From: Vulcanimicrobiota bacterium
GTDB lineage: Bacteria; Vulcanimicrobiota; Vulcanimicrobiia; Vulcanimicrobiales; Vulcanimicrobiaceae
Direction of reading: 5' to 3'
DNA: 64,000 nt
NCBI GenBank assembly: GCA_963795855.1
Contig: CAWCIZ010000002.1
Location: 32,001 to 96,000 of the forward strand
Below the pieces are notes generated by a model. That model was not told where the DNA came from and ran no database searches. It worked only from the letters and a program-made list of their open reading frames with translations. Of this stretch, positions 29,360-40,839 are shown piece by piece. The first letter of the stretch is position 1, and each line of letters begins with the position of its first letter. The translations under genes and the position numbers were made by a program.

Positions 29360-29996
29360 ACACCCGCGCTGCAGCGGCTGCAATTTCCGGGTAGGCGCGC
29401 CGCGCGATTTCCGCATATCCGAAATCGTTCGGATGGAAGCCGTCTTCGCAGAGATACTCGACGCCTGGGCAGAGCGGCGCGTTCGTGAATTCGAACAGAT
29501 CGATGAACCCGACGCCGCTGGACTGCGCTATGCGGCGCATGCGTTCGTTCAGACGCGCGCACAGACGCTCGATCGGCGCTTTGAGCAGCCGCGGCACGCC
29601 CACCGTACGCGTGACGTCCGGCATACCGCCCGCGACTAGTTGTGCCTGCGGCGCCGCTTGGCGAATGGCGTCGAGCAAATGCTGGAATCGCCGAACGATG
29701 ATCAGCACATCCCGGGTGTACCGGAGGTCATTCGCCGCCGCCATCACCAGCACAACGTCCGCAGGTACGCCGCGCAGCTTCGGAACCTGCTGACGTAAAA
29801 CGTCCCCCATAGTTGCATGGGGGACGGCGAAATTGAAAAGTGTGCTTGTCGGCCGCTCGGCCCGAAGCTGCGCGTGGAGCACGCTTGCGAGCCCCGCCTC
29901 CTCCGTAGATGCACCGAGGCCATGGGGGAGGCTGTCGCCAAGAACGGCCATGGTCACGGGTTCAGGATTGCGGAGCGGCTGGGTTAAGGCGTGCAT
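29349..29996 (-). CDS. SGNH/GDSL hydrolase
   Basis: LGDSL, AAND, DGFHPN. Confidence 0.88.
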   Translation of the reverse strand: MHALTQPLRNPEPVTMAVLGDSLPHGLGASTEEAGLASVLHAQLRAERPTSTLFNFAVPHATMGDVLRQQVPKLRGVPADVVLVMAAANDLRYTRDVLIIVRRFQHLLDAIRQAAPQAQLVAGGMPDVTRTVGVPRLLKAPIERLCARLNERMRRIAQSSGVGFIDLFEFTNAPLCPGVEYLCEDGFHPNDFGYAEIARRAYPEIAAAAARVFSS

Positions 29997-30016
29997 GGGA
30001 CCGGAAACCTCCTCAC

Positions 30017-30025
30017 TGCTATAAT
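30017..30025 (+). promoter_or_regulatory. Extended -10 promoter element
   Basis: TGCTATAAT. Confidence 0.5.
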
Positions 30026-30149
30026 GCCCGCTGACCGGCCATTTACAACGCAGGCCTTTCGTACGGCCGATCGGGTCCGCGAGGAGCCGAGCGCCGAACG
30101 GCGGAAGCCCATTGACCTAACCGAACCGCCTGCCTGCCGGAGGCGCCTC

Positions 30150-30326
30150 ATGGAACAAGCGATCCTGCACCTCGCCCACATCGCGGCATGGGTGTTCTTC
30201 ATCATCTTCATCTTGGCACTGATCGGCATTATCGCGATCGTGCGATGGGTGCTCAATCTCTTCCGCCGGACGGAAGCCGCCGTGGAGAGCGGCGTCGAGC
30301 GCGTCGAGGGCTCACTGCACCGTTAG
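30150..30326 (+). CDS. Small single-TM membrane protein
   Basis: GGAGG RBS; hydrophobic stretch WVFFIIFILALIGIIAIV. Confidence 0.7.
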   Translation: MEQAILHLAHIAAWVFFIIFILALIGIIAIVRWVLNLFRRTEAAVESGVERVEGSLHR

Positions 30327-30344
30327 TGCTGCGTCAGCGCCGTA

Positions 30345-30662
30345 TCAGACGCCCTTGCCGAAGAGGTGACAATCCAAGCGTAGCCGCACGCAGTTCAGTT
30401 GAATCAGGCGCAACATGAGCTCGTCGCGCAGTGCAACCCCTTGGCGCCGGCGTATCATCCCTTTGCTCTGCAACTGATGCGCATACGTTTTGCGCGAATC
30501 CAGGTGGTGGTCCACCATCCACCGCGCGCGATCGATCTTTTCGTTATCGTAGATCTCGATCAACAGCCGGCCGATGATTTGCGCAGGTCCTTCGATGAGA
30601 ACCATATACGGCCAAATCTCGAACTCCATGGTCGGCGGATCGTAACGTTCTGACGGTTGCAT
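30345..30662 (-). CDS. Hypothetical protein
   Basis: ORF downstream of the rRNA terminator; start at MQPSER (track ORF overextends into 5S). Confidence 0.5.
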   Translation of the reverse strand: MQPSERYDPPTMEFEIWPYMVLIEGPAQIIGRLLIEIYDNEKIDRARWMVDHHLDSRKTYAHQLQSKGMIRRRQGVALRDELMLRLIQLNCVRLRLDCHLFGKGV

Positions 30663-30722
30663 TAGTCTTTGTATCGGTCGCCGCAAAAGCGCACCACAGA
30701 GCCGAATGGCCCGACCGAATGC

Positions 30723-30757
30723 AAAAAGCCCGCGGCTATTACACCGCGGGCCTTTTG
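30723..30757 (-). terminator. rRNA operon terminator
   Basis: GCCCGCGG/CCGCGGGC stem with A/T tracts, just 3' of 5S. Confidence 0.85.
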
Positions 30758-30767
30758 TGATTCTAAT

Positions 30768-30884
30768 CTGGCGCCGACCTACTTTCGAGGGACCCTGCGG
30801 TCCGACTATCATCGGCGCTGGCGGGCTTAACTGCCGTGTTCGGGATGGGAACGGGTGGAACCCCGCCGCTATGAGCGCCAGAAA
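30768..30884 (-). rRNA. rrf: 5S rRNA
   Basis: Minus strand CCACCCGTTCCCATCCCGAACACGGCAGTTAAGCC...GCCGATGATAGT; CTGGCGC/GCGCCAG terminal helix. Confidence 0.95.
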
Positions 30885-31245
30885 CTTGATCCCTCCGTCA
30901 CGCCGAGCCGGAGCTCCAGGCTGACGACGAAGGAAAGCTGCATACAGAAGAACTTCCAGTGCCAAACGTGAAGACGAGTCAAAAATTTCCGGGCGATTAG
31001 TACCGGTCAGCTCCACCCCTTACAGGGCTTCCACCTCCGGCCTATCAACGTGGTAGTCTACCACGACCCTTCACACTTACGTGATCGAGATCTCATCTTG
31101 GAGTCAGTTTCACGCTTATATGCTTTCAGCGTTTATCTGGTCCGAACATACTACCCGGCTATGCCCCTGGCGGGACAACCGGTTCACCAGCGGTTCGTTC
31201 AACCCGGTCCTCTCGTACTAGGGTCGACACTCCTCAAATCTCTAA

Positions 31246-31294
<49 letters not shown>

Positions 31295-31302
31295 ATCGCG
31301 TA

Positions 31303-31339
<37 letters not shown>

Positions 31340-31372
31340 ACTACAGCCCCAGGATGCGACGATCCGACATCG

Positions 31373-31706
31373 CGCGTCATTCCATCGTTCCCGATGGCGC
31401 AGACTATATCTTCACCTTTCTCGATTTCCCGAGTTAAGGGCCGGCGTATGATAGTGCCGATAGATTTGCGCGACGCATCGCGCAGCAGTCACTATCTCAT
31501 CGTTCTCGCGAACGATTCAGTCGTTACGGGGTCACACGCAGATCGCTCTCGCGTGGACTTCCCACGGTATTGTCCCGCACTGTGTGCGTCGGTCGACTAA
31601 AGCACGTCCTGTGCCCGTCGACACTAGCACCATCCTAGTGCGTCGGAGTTCACCGTTATAAGCCGGAACTTTTGCCGCTGTTTCCAGCGCAACACCCCTG
31701 ATGTTG
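31373..31706 (-). ncRNA. Group I intron at 23S position L2500 (334 nt, IA-like, no ORF)
   Basis: Splits GGCACCU^CGAUGUCGG; U before 5' splice site, terminal G; P1 guide GGGGUGU; R CCGUAACGACUGA; S AAGAUAUAGUC; extra hairpins between P7 and P3'. Confidence 0.92.
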
Positions 31707-31909
31707 AGGTGCCAAACCTCCCCGTCGATGTGGACTCTTGGGGGAGATAAGCCTGTTATCCCCAGAGTAGCTTTTATCCGATAAGCGACGGCCCTTCCAT
31801 TCGGTACCGCCGGATCACTTAGCCCTGCTTTCGCACCTGCTCGACCTGTCCGTCTCGCAGTCAGACTCCCTTTTGCCTATGCACTCTAAACGAACGGTTT
31901 CTGACCGTT

Positions 31910-31979
<70 letters not shown>

Positions 31980-32235
31980 GCTGTCCTACTACCGGATCAC
32001 GGCAGTTAGTTAGAAGCCCAAGATTTTCAGGGTGGTATCCCAAGGTTGGCTCCCTGCGAGCTAGCGCCCGCAGATCGTCGCCTCCCACCTATCCTGTACA
32101 GAAAATCTCAGACCCCAACATCAGGGTACAGTAAAGCTTCATGGGGTCTTTCCGTCCTGCCGCGGGTAACCAGCATCTTCACTGGTACTGCAATTTCGCC
32201 GGGCCCCCCATTGAGACAGTGTCCAAGTCGTTACT

Positions 32236-32277
<42 letters not shown>

Positions 32278-32625
32278 CACTTTTTTCAGCGTGCTTTCGC
32301 ACGAGAGTGGACTATATCTTCATCCAGGAACCTAATCAAGATGGCCGCAGCGTGTAACGTCTGCAGCAATTTCGACACCTGGAGCATCACGTGTAGTCTC
32401 TGAGGATCCCCTACGACCGTAGGGTTTCCTGCGGATTGTCCAATCCACAACCATTTTTACTGCGACGCGTCAGGATGACGCTAGTGTCGACGAGCACAGA
32501 AAGTGCTGGAGCCGACCCGGCGATCAAAATCGCGCCACGAGTAGGTTGGGCTCTAAGGATGTTCCCGCATATAGTGATGTTTTCGTCCGCACATTACTGT
32601 GCGGTGAGGCAACGATAAAGTTGTT
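32278..32625 (-). ncRNA. Group I intron at 23S position L1931 (348 nt, IB-like, no ORF)
   Basis: Splits CUAAGGU^AGCGAAAUU; guide GUUGCCU; P3 CAUCAC/GUGAUG; R UCAGAGACUA; S AAGAUAUAGUC; terminal G. Confidence 0.93.
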
Positions 32626-33140
32626 ACCTTAGGACGGTTATAGTTACCGCCGCCGTTTACTGGGGCTTCAGATCAAAGCTTCGCTTGCGCTAACCTCTCC
32701 CTTTAACCTTCCAGCACCGGGCAGGAGTCAGCCCCTATACGTCCGCTTTCGCGTTCGCAGAGACCTGTGTTTTTGTTAAACAGTCGCTTGGACCTATTTT
32801 CTGCGACCTCCCTCGGCTTTCGCTGTAAAAGCTAGACCAAAGAAGGCACCCCTTCTCCCTAAGTTACGGGGTCAATTTGCCGAGTTCCTTAACAGGGGTT
32901 CTCCCGTCGCCTTAGCATGCTCTGCCAGTCTACCTGTGTCGGTGTACGGTACGGGCACCTATGATCCTATCTAGAGACTTTTCTTGGAAGCGTAGAGTCT
33001 GTCACTTCGGATCGTAAAGATCCTCGTCATTCGCTTCTCGGGGTTAGCCACACGGATTTGCCTATGTGACCCCCTACCGGCTTAAACGCACACATCCATC
33101 GGTGCGCTGACATATCTTACTCCGTCATCCCTTCGATTCA

Positions 33141-33306
33141 TAGATCCTACGAACGGTAGTAGTCCCGCTTTGCTTTTCTTTGATCGCGTCGTTGCTGCTC
33201 GGTTACGATCCAAAGATCGCGCCTTCGGCAGCGTCTAGCGACAAGGAAAAATCAATAGCCGCTTCGTCAAGCGATTTGGATCTAGACACTGTTCGGAAGA
33301 GATCTA
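33141..33306 (-). other. IVS/expansion segment in 23S domain III (~E. coli 1410-1420)
   Basis: 166 nt extra relative to E. coli, closed by inverted repeat TAGATCCTACGAAC...GTTCGGAAGAGATCTA; no group I core. Confidence 0.75.
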
Positions 33307-34234
33307 AACGGTCATCGGTGGTAGCAGAATATGAACTGCTTGTGCATCGCCTACGCATCTCTGCCTCGGCTTCACTCCCGACTCACCCTGAGACGATTGA
33401 CGTTGCTCAGGAAACCTTAGACTTCCGGCGAGAGAGGTTCTCACTCTCTTTTCTCGCTACTTATACCTGCATTCGCACTTGTAGTTCGTCCAGCCGTCCT
33501 CACGGTCGACCTTCTGCCTACGCTACAACGCTCCCCTACCGATTAGTTTTTGCTAATCCCAAAGCTTCGGTTATATGCTTGAGCCCCGTTACATTTTCGG
33601 CGCCCCATCACTCGACTAGTGAGCTATTACGCACTCTTTCAAGGGTGGCTGCTTCTAAGCCAACCTCCTAGTTGTCTATGCGACAAGACTTCCTTTACCA
33701 CTGAGCATATATTAGGGACCTTAGCTGTTGATCTGGGCTGTTTCCCTTTTGACAATGGAGCTTATCCCCCACTGTCTGACTGCTGAGATGTTCGCCTCGG
33801 TATTCGGAGTTTGATGGGGTTCGGTAAGCCGGTAAGCCCCCTAGCCCTGTCAGTGCTCTACCCCCAAGGGTTAAATCTCAACGCTAGTCCTCAAACTATT
33901 TCGGGGAGAACCAGCTATCTCCAAGCTCGATTGGCTTTTCACCCCTATCCACAAGTCATCCAATGTTTTTTCAACAACAACAGGTTCGGGCCTCCACATG
34001 AGGTTAATCATGCTTCACCCTGCTCATGGATAGATCGCTTGGTTTCGGGTCTACTGATACGGACAAGCGCCCTATTCAGACTCGCTTTCGCTACGGCTCC
34101 GGCTCAACACCTTAACCAAGCCCGTACCAAGTAACTCGCAGGTTCATTCTTCAATAGGCACGCGATCACACATATAAAAATAGTGCTTTCACGGTTTGTA
34201 AGCACGCGGTTTCATGTTCTATTTCACTCCCCTT

Positions 34235-34268
<34 letters not shown>

Positions 34269-34890
34269 TTTCGCTATCGGTCTCCACAGAATATTTAGCC
34301 TTGGAAGATGGTCCTCCCAGTTTCAGACAGGGTTTCTCGTGCCCCGCCTTACTCACGAACAACTCCGCAAGATCGATTGATTTCACCTACAGGACTATCA
34401 CCTTCTATGGTGCGGCTTTCCAGCCGGCTTCTGCTATCGATCGATTTTGTAACTTGCGTCCAACTGATCAGAGTTGAAATGGTTGCCGTACAACCCCGCA
34501 CATGCAACGCCTGATCGCTTGCACATATACGGTTTAGGCTGTTCCCAGTTCGCTCGCCACTACTACGGGAATCTCGGTTGATGTCTATTCCTCCGGCTAC
34601 TTAGATGTTTCAGTTCACCGGGTGCGCTCTACTCACGACTATTGAATTCATCGTGGAGTCTGAGCCCATGACGGCCCAGGGGTTGCCCCATTCGGAGATC
34701 CAGGGATCATCGCTTCTTAGCAGCTTCTCCTGGCTTATCGCAGCTTGGTACGTCCTTCATCGCCTGTGGAGCCAAGGTATCCACCTCGTGCTCTTATTAA
34801 TTTTTGACTGATTCTCAATATAAGAAATTGCACCCACGACGTTTACGGAAATAAGACGTCGCGGGCCGCTTCATGTTTTGACACATGAAA

Positions 34891-34918
34891 GTTCTTCTCT
34901 ATGCAGTTTTCAAGGATC
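34891..34918 (-). promoter_or_regulatory. BoxA-like antiterminator / 23S processing-stem 5' arm
   Basis: GATCCTTGAAAACTGCATAGAGAAGAAC, complementary to ~30933-30957 after the 23S. Confidence 0.7.
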
Positions 34919-35305
34919 ATGAGGGCTTGCAACTTCACTCATACTGACGAGTCTGCACGTTGCACAGGACGAGAACTCGCGTGAGGTTCGTTCCCTCAAA
35001 GCTGAACAGTGCAGTACCTTGATCCTTCGCATTGCCCGAAAGCAACCCGTGCGAAGGACGGAAATGGTAAACCCCTATTTTGTAGGAGCCGCGCATCAAC
35101 TAACGTGTTGTATACGGCGTAAAAGGCCATGAACCTCAGCCATACACTCGAGATGAGTGGTAGACCCCTGGTCCGCATCGTTCCCTCTTCGCACTGACAG
35201 TCATCACATGAGGTCTACTGCTACGCGTTTTCAATGGCATCGTCTGTGGTCGACTTAGAATGTACACTGCGCATTCACGCTAGGCGTGAACCAACAGTAT
35301 GTACT

Positions 35306-36815
<1,510 letters not shown>

Positions 36816-37087
36816 AAATTTTATGGAGCCGTTTCTAATGATTGGCTCTCAAATAATCGCTGACTATATTAAGGATAGATTGCGAATCTATCCACACCCG
36901 CTTCGGCAGCCCGCAGTAACGCTGACGTCGAACGCACGCGTTAGTCATAAAGTTTGTACGCTCGGATTTCCAAAGGACCGGTGGAACGGAACCTTCGTTC
37001 CTCCGAGTAAAATTCTCAGAAACTGCAAACAAAAAAACGCCTTTCGGCGCCTTGTCTAGAAGTTTAGAGACCCACAGACTTATGCGC

Positions 37088-37114
37088 TACTGCACTGTTC
37101 AGTTTTCAAGGAAC
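37088..37114 (-). promoter_or_regulatory. Leader boxA / 16S processing-stem 5' arm
   Basis: GTTCCTTGAAAACTGAACAGTGCAGTA pairs with ~34997-35017 in the spacer. Confidence 0.7.
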
Positions 37115-37191
37115 GAACACCGACACCGAACCTTATCAGTTCGGACCTCGCGGCCTCACTTTTCGTGGTAGGCATCGGAGTCACGACGAGC

Positions 37192-37220
37192 ATCATACCT
37201 CGCCGGGTATCGCCTGTCAA
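37192..37220 (-). promoter_or_regulatory. Sigma70 rRNA promoter
   Basis: TTGACA-17 nt-TATGAT. Confidence 0.85.
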
Positions 37221-37256
37221 GCCGTATTCGCAGAATTATTCTCGTTTCAGGCCGAC

Positions 37257-37809
37257 TTAAGTCATGACCGTCGATTTTTTGGCGTGCGCGCCGGCGCTGC
37301 GCCTTCGACGCGATTTCCACAGACCCGCATGCTGCACCAAGCACCCGACCCGTTCTTCGACTTGTCGTAGAACGCCCAGCGGCAGCTGTGTTTGCGGCAG
37401 GCCTTGAGCCGGGGCCACGTGCCCTCGCCAATCGCGTCATAGACGATGGCGAGCATCTCGAGCGACCACGGCGTCGACCCCCGAGCCGCGCGGACGCAGC
37501 GCCGGCAAGCCGGCCGGCGTGATGTACATTCCATAACCGGCGGATGCCACAAAAGGTTCCAAAGCGCGCAGCCGCTCGCTCGCACTTCCCGCTCCGGCAT
37601 GCGCTTCCAAGACGGCGCGCAGCGCCTCGCGGAATTCTCGAAGCCGCCGCAAAGCCGCGTCGTCGAGGCCGGGTACGAAACCCACTCTCGCTGCACCAGC
37701 GAGCAAGCGAGTCATCCGGCCCGAGCGGGTCCGTTACTCGATCGATCTCGACGCTGTTGACGAAGTCCCGCACCATTTCCAACCGTCCGGGAGCGGCGGA
37801 GCATGCCAT
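37257..37809 (-). CDS. CGNR zinc-finger (ABATE) regulator, frameshifted in this assembly
   Basis: DFVNS... and RLKACRKHSCRWAFYDKSKNGSGAWCSMRVCGNR distributed over three frames. Confidence 0.8.
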
Positions 37810-37840
37810 TTCGCTTCGATCATATCACCAGCAAAACGGC

Positions 37841-37869
37841 TTGACAAGTTACCGCCACCGGCGTACGAT
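37841..37869 (+). promoter_or_regulatory. Sigma70 promoter divergent from the CGNR gene
   Basis: TTGACA-17 nt-TACGAT. Confidence 0.7.
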
Positions 37870-37874
37870 GTTTA

Positions 37875-38043
37875 TGGGTTACCAAACCGCACCTGAAAGT
37901 CAAGATCAATGTTAGAGCCAAGCCGCGCGTTCCCGTCATGTTCGACTACGTCGAACTGCGACTTGCGTATGCCGGTCCGCCGGCCGGACGATCCGTTCAT
38001 GCGGGACGCCGGTATCACGCTGCCCATCTCGCGAGTGCTGTAG
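37875..38043 (+). CDS. Possible small protein (~55 aa) broken by indels
   Basis: Reconstructs as MVTKPHLKVKINVRAKPRVPVMFDYVELR...DDPFMRDAGITLPISRVL* after two frame corrections. Confidence 0.3.
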
Positions 38044-38057
38044 GAGGCGAGTGGGAT

Positions 38058-38441
38058 ATGCTTTTCGATCACATCGACATGCGGGTCCGATGTTTGCGCG
38101 ATGCGCTGCCGCTCTACGACGCGCTTCTGCCGGCAATGGGTTTCACGAAACGAAATGCCGACGAGGAATCGGTCGGGTATCATCGCCCCGATGAGACCGG
38201 CGCCGAGCCGTTCTTCTGGGTCCTCGAGGACGCAGAGCACGTCCCCGGCGCAACCCGGTTCGCATTTTCCGCCGGCGACCGCGCGGAGGTCGATCGTCTG
38301 GCGAAGCTCGTGCACGAGGCGGGCGCACGCGCATTCGAAGCCCCGGAACTCATTACCGAGTACGGCCCGAACTATTACGCCGCATTTTTCGAGGACGCGA
38401 CGGGCAACAAGATCGAGATCTGCTGCCGCAAGCGGCAGTGA
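38058..38441 (+). CDS. VOC/glyoxalase family protein
   Basis: AGGAGG RBS; FDHIDMRV, YYAAFFEDATGNKIEI. Confidence 0.88.
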   Translation: MLFDHIDMRVRCLRDALPLYDALLPAMGFTKRNADEESVGYHRPDETGAEPFFWVLEDAEHVPGATRFAFSAGDRAEVDRLAKLVHEAGARAFEAPELITEYGPNYYAAFFEDATGNKIEICCRKRQ

Positions 38442-38451
38442 GCCGCTCGAT

Positions 38452-39629
38452 TTACGAACCGCGCACGAAGAACGCTTTGAGGTATTCCGTTTCGGGCATC
38501 GCCGGGTGAATCGGATGGTCGGGCGCGTGCGCGTGCTTTTCCAGAATCTGCGCTCGCCGCGTCGAGTCTTTTGCCGCGGCCGAGAATGGCGCGCTGCAGC
38601 ATCGCCGGCTCGAGATGATGCGAACAGGAACACGATACGAGAATGCCCTCGCCCGAGAGGACCGCGAACGCCACGCGATTCAGCCGCTCGTACAGTGACT
38701 GCCCCGCAGCGAGTCTTTGCGCCGCTTGATGAGCGCGGGCGGGTCGACGATCACGACGTCGAACTTTCGACCTTCCGCAGCAAACGATCCGAGGACCTCG
38801 AGCGCGTCGCCAAGGTGCGTTTCCACTGTGACGCCATTGCGTCGCGCGTTCTCGATCGCATAGTCGAGCGCGAGCTGCGAACTGTCCGAGCACGTGACTT
38901 CGCTCGCGCCGAAAAGCGCCGCCCGCACGCCCCACGATCCGATGTACGAGTACATGTCCAGCACGCGTTTTCCGCGAACGTAGCGCGCGAGCCGCGCGCG
39001 GTTGTCGCGTTGATCGAAAAAATATCCCGTCTTCTGTCCCGTTCGCAGCGGCGCAGAAAACATCGCGCGTTCTTCTTCCACCGTGGCCGCGTCGGGAACA
39101 TGGCCGACCGTTTCGTCGAATTCGTCGATCCCTTCGATTTGCCGCACCGATCCCGCGCTTCGAAGGAGCATGCCGCGCGGTTTTGCTACGGCTTGCAGCG
39201 CCGCATTAGCACCGGGTCGCGCATTTTTACGATCCCGGCGGTGTTCAACTGCGCGACCAGAATGTCGCCATACCGATCGACCACGAGCCCCGGGCAGCCG
39301 TCCGATTCTCCATATACCGCGCGATAATGCGGCGTGGGATAGATGCTCTCGCGTAAAGCGAATGCGCGCCGGATGCGAGCCGACCACCATGCCTGGTCGA
39401 TTCGAGCCTTTGCGTCGCTGGTGAGAATGCGCGCGCATATGAGCGAACCGGGATTCACGTACGCCGTCCCGACCGGTTTACCGAACGAATCGCGCACGAC
39501 CGCAAAATCGCCGGGTGAAAATGCGGTCAACGGCGATCGACCGATATCGATCTCGTTACTGAACACCCACGCGTGGCCGAGCCGAACGCGCCGGTCCGCG
39601 CGCGGCAGCAAGACGAGGTCGCCCGGCAT
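38452..39629 (-). CDS. RlmI-like class I SAM rRNA methyltransferase, frameshifted
   Basis: GHAWVFSNE, GESDGCPGLVVDRYG, GQKTGYFFDQRDNR, VDPP, SCSCS; several indels. Confidence 0.85.
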
Positions 39630-39631
39630 GG

Positions 39632-40736
39632 TTATGCCGGCGGTTTCCGACGGCGCCATGCGGCGCAGCAAGTCCTCTTCCTGACGCTCCAAAGATCGTG
39701 CGACCGCGAATTGCGCTCGCGCGCGATCCAAGTTTTGCGTCTCGTGATGAACGCGGAAGTACACGTCGCCGCGTAGATAATCGGTCAGGAAACGTATGCC
39801 GTTTTCATAAGCAAGCACTTTTCCCGCGGTGACGAACGCGCTGCGCTCCGCGCCGCAAATCATGCCGACCAGCTCCCTCCAAAAATCCGTTTGCAACGGC
39901 TTGGAAGAGATCGGGATCCACCTCCACTTTCGAGGGGTCCGGTTCATCCTCGGCCGCGCTGGTGCTTGCGGTCCGCACCAGTTCGCCGACGTCGTACAAG
40001 TACGAGGCCCGGCATTAGGGTGTCCAGATCGAGGACGCAAATCGCTTCGCCGCTCTGCGCGTCGAAGAGCACGTTCGTGATCTTGGTGTCGTTGTGCGCG
40101 GCTCGGACCGGAAGCGCTGCGCGAGAAGCCAGATCGCCGAGCGCCGTGCAAAGCGGCTCCAGCGCGAACGCGGCCGCGATCTCCGTTTTCGCGGACGTGG
40201 CCCGGTTGCGCGCGTCACCATCGACCGCCTCGAGAAACGCGGCGAACCGCGCCGGCGTGTCGTGAAAAGTGCGGCAGCGTCTCGTACAAGGATTCTGCCG
40301 GGAAATCCGCCAGCAGCGCTGCAAACTCGCCGAAGGCGCGCGCTGCCGCAAAAGCGTCTTGCGCGCTTCGCACGCTTCCGTAGCACACGCTGTTCTCGAC
40401 ATAGGGGTACGTGCGCCAGTAATCGCCCGCGGCCGTCACGAGGACGTCTCGGCCGTCGAGTGTTGGGAGCAGTCGCAGTACGCGGCGATCGACGTCCGTC
40501 AAGCCGCGCTGCAGCAACTTCGCGCGGATATGCCCGGTTACGGCGGAGATGTTGCTCGTAAGCGCGTCCGGATCGCGAAAGACCGTAACGTTAATGCGCT
40601 GATGCACGTATCGAACGCAGCGGCCGTCCACGCCGTATGTTGCAAAGTACGTGTCGTTGATGTGGCCGCCGTGATAGCGTTCGCAGCCGAGGTAGCGGCC
40701 TTGAAGTTGAAACTGGGCGCCGATCTCCGCGAGCAT
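39632..40736 (-). CDS. APH-fold sugar kinase (N-acetylhexosamine 1-kinase-like), frameshifted
   Basis: GGHINDTY, QRIN, FHDTP, HNDTKITN, DLDT, RFLTDYLRGDVYF. Confidence 0.8.
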
Positions 40737-40839
40737 CGCCGGGTACTTTTTACACCGGCGCGGGAATCGCCTCGATGTTCCGGCCCGCGCGCGGGGGCGA
40801 TATGCAAAGTTGCGGTTTACCGCCCCGGACGCCGACCCC

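Noticed and set aside
32630..32655. Altered helix 69 sequence (GGUAACUAUAACC)
   Set aside because: It is a compensatory C-G to G-C swap, ordinary rRNA variation.
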